DNA of 64,000 nucleotides, from the NCBI GenBank assembly GCA_012026655.1, contig JAAILG010000118.1:62001-126000 (forward strand), given 5' to 3'. The translations under genes and the position numbers were made by a program. This DNA is from Hydrolagus affinis. Lineage: Eukaryota. A model generated the notes under the pieces. It did no database searches, was not told the DNA's origin, and worked only from the letters and a program-made list of their open reading frames with translations. Below, piece after piece: positions 62,660-64,000 of the stretch (position 1 is its first letter; every line of letters begins with the position of its first letter).

Positions 62660-63296
62660 GTTTGAATTTATTTGAGTTCTGCCGAAACCTTTATCCATGC
62701 ATTCGTCACGTCAAGGCTCGACTATAGAATCTCCCTCCTCGTTGGCCTTCCTGGCTCTTCCCTTCACAAGCTGCAGGTGATCCAGAACTCTGCAACTCGT
62801 GTGCTCTCACGCGCCAAGCTCCACGACCACATCACTTCCACCCTCGCCCGGCTCCATTGGCTCCTCATCTCCCCGAGGATCGAATTCAAGATCCTTGTCC
62901 TAGCTTTCAAGACCATTCATGGCCTTGCCCCCTCCTATGTCTCCATCCTGCTGTCTCCCAATGCACCTGCTCACCCTCTCCATTCAGAGGGCTCTGGTTT
63001 GCTCCATGTCCCTCACCCGACCCGCCCTACCATCAATGGACAGGCTTTCAGCCTCTCTGCCCCCACACTCTGGAACTCCATCCCAGTCTCTTCACCTCGT
63101 TTCCACCCTTGCCTCCTTCATGATGGTCTCAAGAGCTTCCTCTTCAATCGTGCCTTCTGCCGCCCTCCCACCTCTCTCCCTCCCCTCCCCTCAACCCCCA
63201 CCCCACTTGTTTGGTTCCCGAACTGACTATTCAGTGCCTTGGGAAGTACTCTGACGTGAAAGGCGCTCTATAAATGTAATGGTGTTGTTGTTGTTA
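62660..63296 (+). mobile_element. L2 LINE ORF2 3' fragment in a LRRIQ1 intron
   Basis: ORF 62672-63226 SAETFIHAFVTSRLDY...LHWLLISPRIEFKILVLAFKTIHGLAPSY...AFSLSAPTLWNSIP, with (GTT)n tail. Confidence 0.95.
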
Positions 63297-63457
63297 AGTG
63301 GTATTTTTACTGGTATATTAGGGATATACAGTATTATATTAGGGATATTATGCTGTATTAAGGATACCTACAGTTTGGGGAAAGTAGATTAGTGTAAGAT
63401 TGATATTGAACATGAGCTCAGAATGGTTATAAATTTATCTATCTTAGAAATGTGGAA

Positions 63458-63643
63458 GGTAAAATTCCACCTGGATCTAAATTGATTCTATCTAGCATTT
63501 CAGTGTGAGCAGAATTATTCAAAAAAAGCTTGTGGAAAAATATGCTTAAAATTAAAGATTATATATCAGAATTTTTTCAGATTTGGGATGTTTTCAAACT
63601 TTACAACAATAGAGTAAATATAGATCAAGATGGAATATCTACC
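63458..63643. mobile_element. second, more diverged copy of the MITE-like element
   Basis: GGTAAAATTCCACCTGGATCTAAATT ... GAGTAAATATAGATCAAGATGGAATATCTACC, with the same TIR core as 54403-54650. Confidence 0.6.
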
Positions 63644-64000
63644 CATTTAAAATAAAATGTATTTCATTTATTTAAGATCTAAATAATGTTTAGTGTAGTA
63701 ACAAATATTTATTTGTTTAGTGTAATAGAATTCTCTAGTTTATAGTTTAATAGAATTCTCCTGTTCCTGAACAGCAATAAACTATTTACTTATAAACAAA
63801 TCCATTTTACTTCAGTATTCATTCCTGTCAAATGCAAAACATCTTATAATAAATTCCTGTGCTACTGACAGTCTTGAATTGAATATACAACTGACTTCTA
63901 GGAAATTTGGTGTTGCTTTAATGCACCAATTAGGTATTGTAAGATATGGAAAAATCTGAACAAAACAACCTTTATTTACATAGCAAGCAATTCACATGGA

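Noticed and set aside
62672-63254. Long ORFs of 184, 149, 148 and 114 aa (62672, 32129, 32165, 20044) as host genes
   Set aside because: They are 5'-truncated L2 ORF2 ends or their antisense and shifted frames.
1-64000. CRISPR array, operon or prokaryotic/viral system
   Set aside because: There are no regularly spaced repeat-spacer units and no dense intronless ORFs. All content fits a vertebrate developmental-gene locus.

Overview
Vertebrate nuclear DNA, AT-rich and repeat-rich. The SINE, L2, CR1 and Penelope repertoire points to a cartilaginous fish, probably a holocephalan (inference). The window holds a complete 4-exon ALX1 (Cart1) paired-type homeobox gene on the minus strand: CDS 48688-48463, 42906-42602, 39364-39236 and 38051-37731, giving 981 nt = 326 aa + stop, with an optional in-frame MI- extension from 48694. 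About 7.5 kb upstream on the same strand are three 3'-terminal coding exons of LRRIQ1 (60743-60683, 60165-60045, 56339-56227). The ORF track misses these exons, and they reproduce the known LRRIQ1-ALX1 neighbourhood. Positions 1-37 kb are gene desert filled with tRNA-derived SINEs, Deu-SINE-like copies, L2 and CR1 fragments, plus a few repeat-free enhancer-like blocks. There is a 100-N assembly gap at 41488-41587. I found no evidence for a new multi-gene system. The most notable observations are ancestral ALX3/4-type residues in the ALX1 homeodomain, the LRRIQ1 terminal exon, several perfect fold-back or inverted repeats at transposon junctions, a degenerate Penelope hammerhead, and a two-copy MITE. 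Family assignments come from recalled sequence knowledge, not database searches, and repeat boundaries are approximate.
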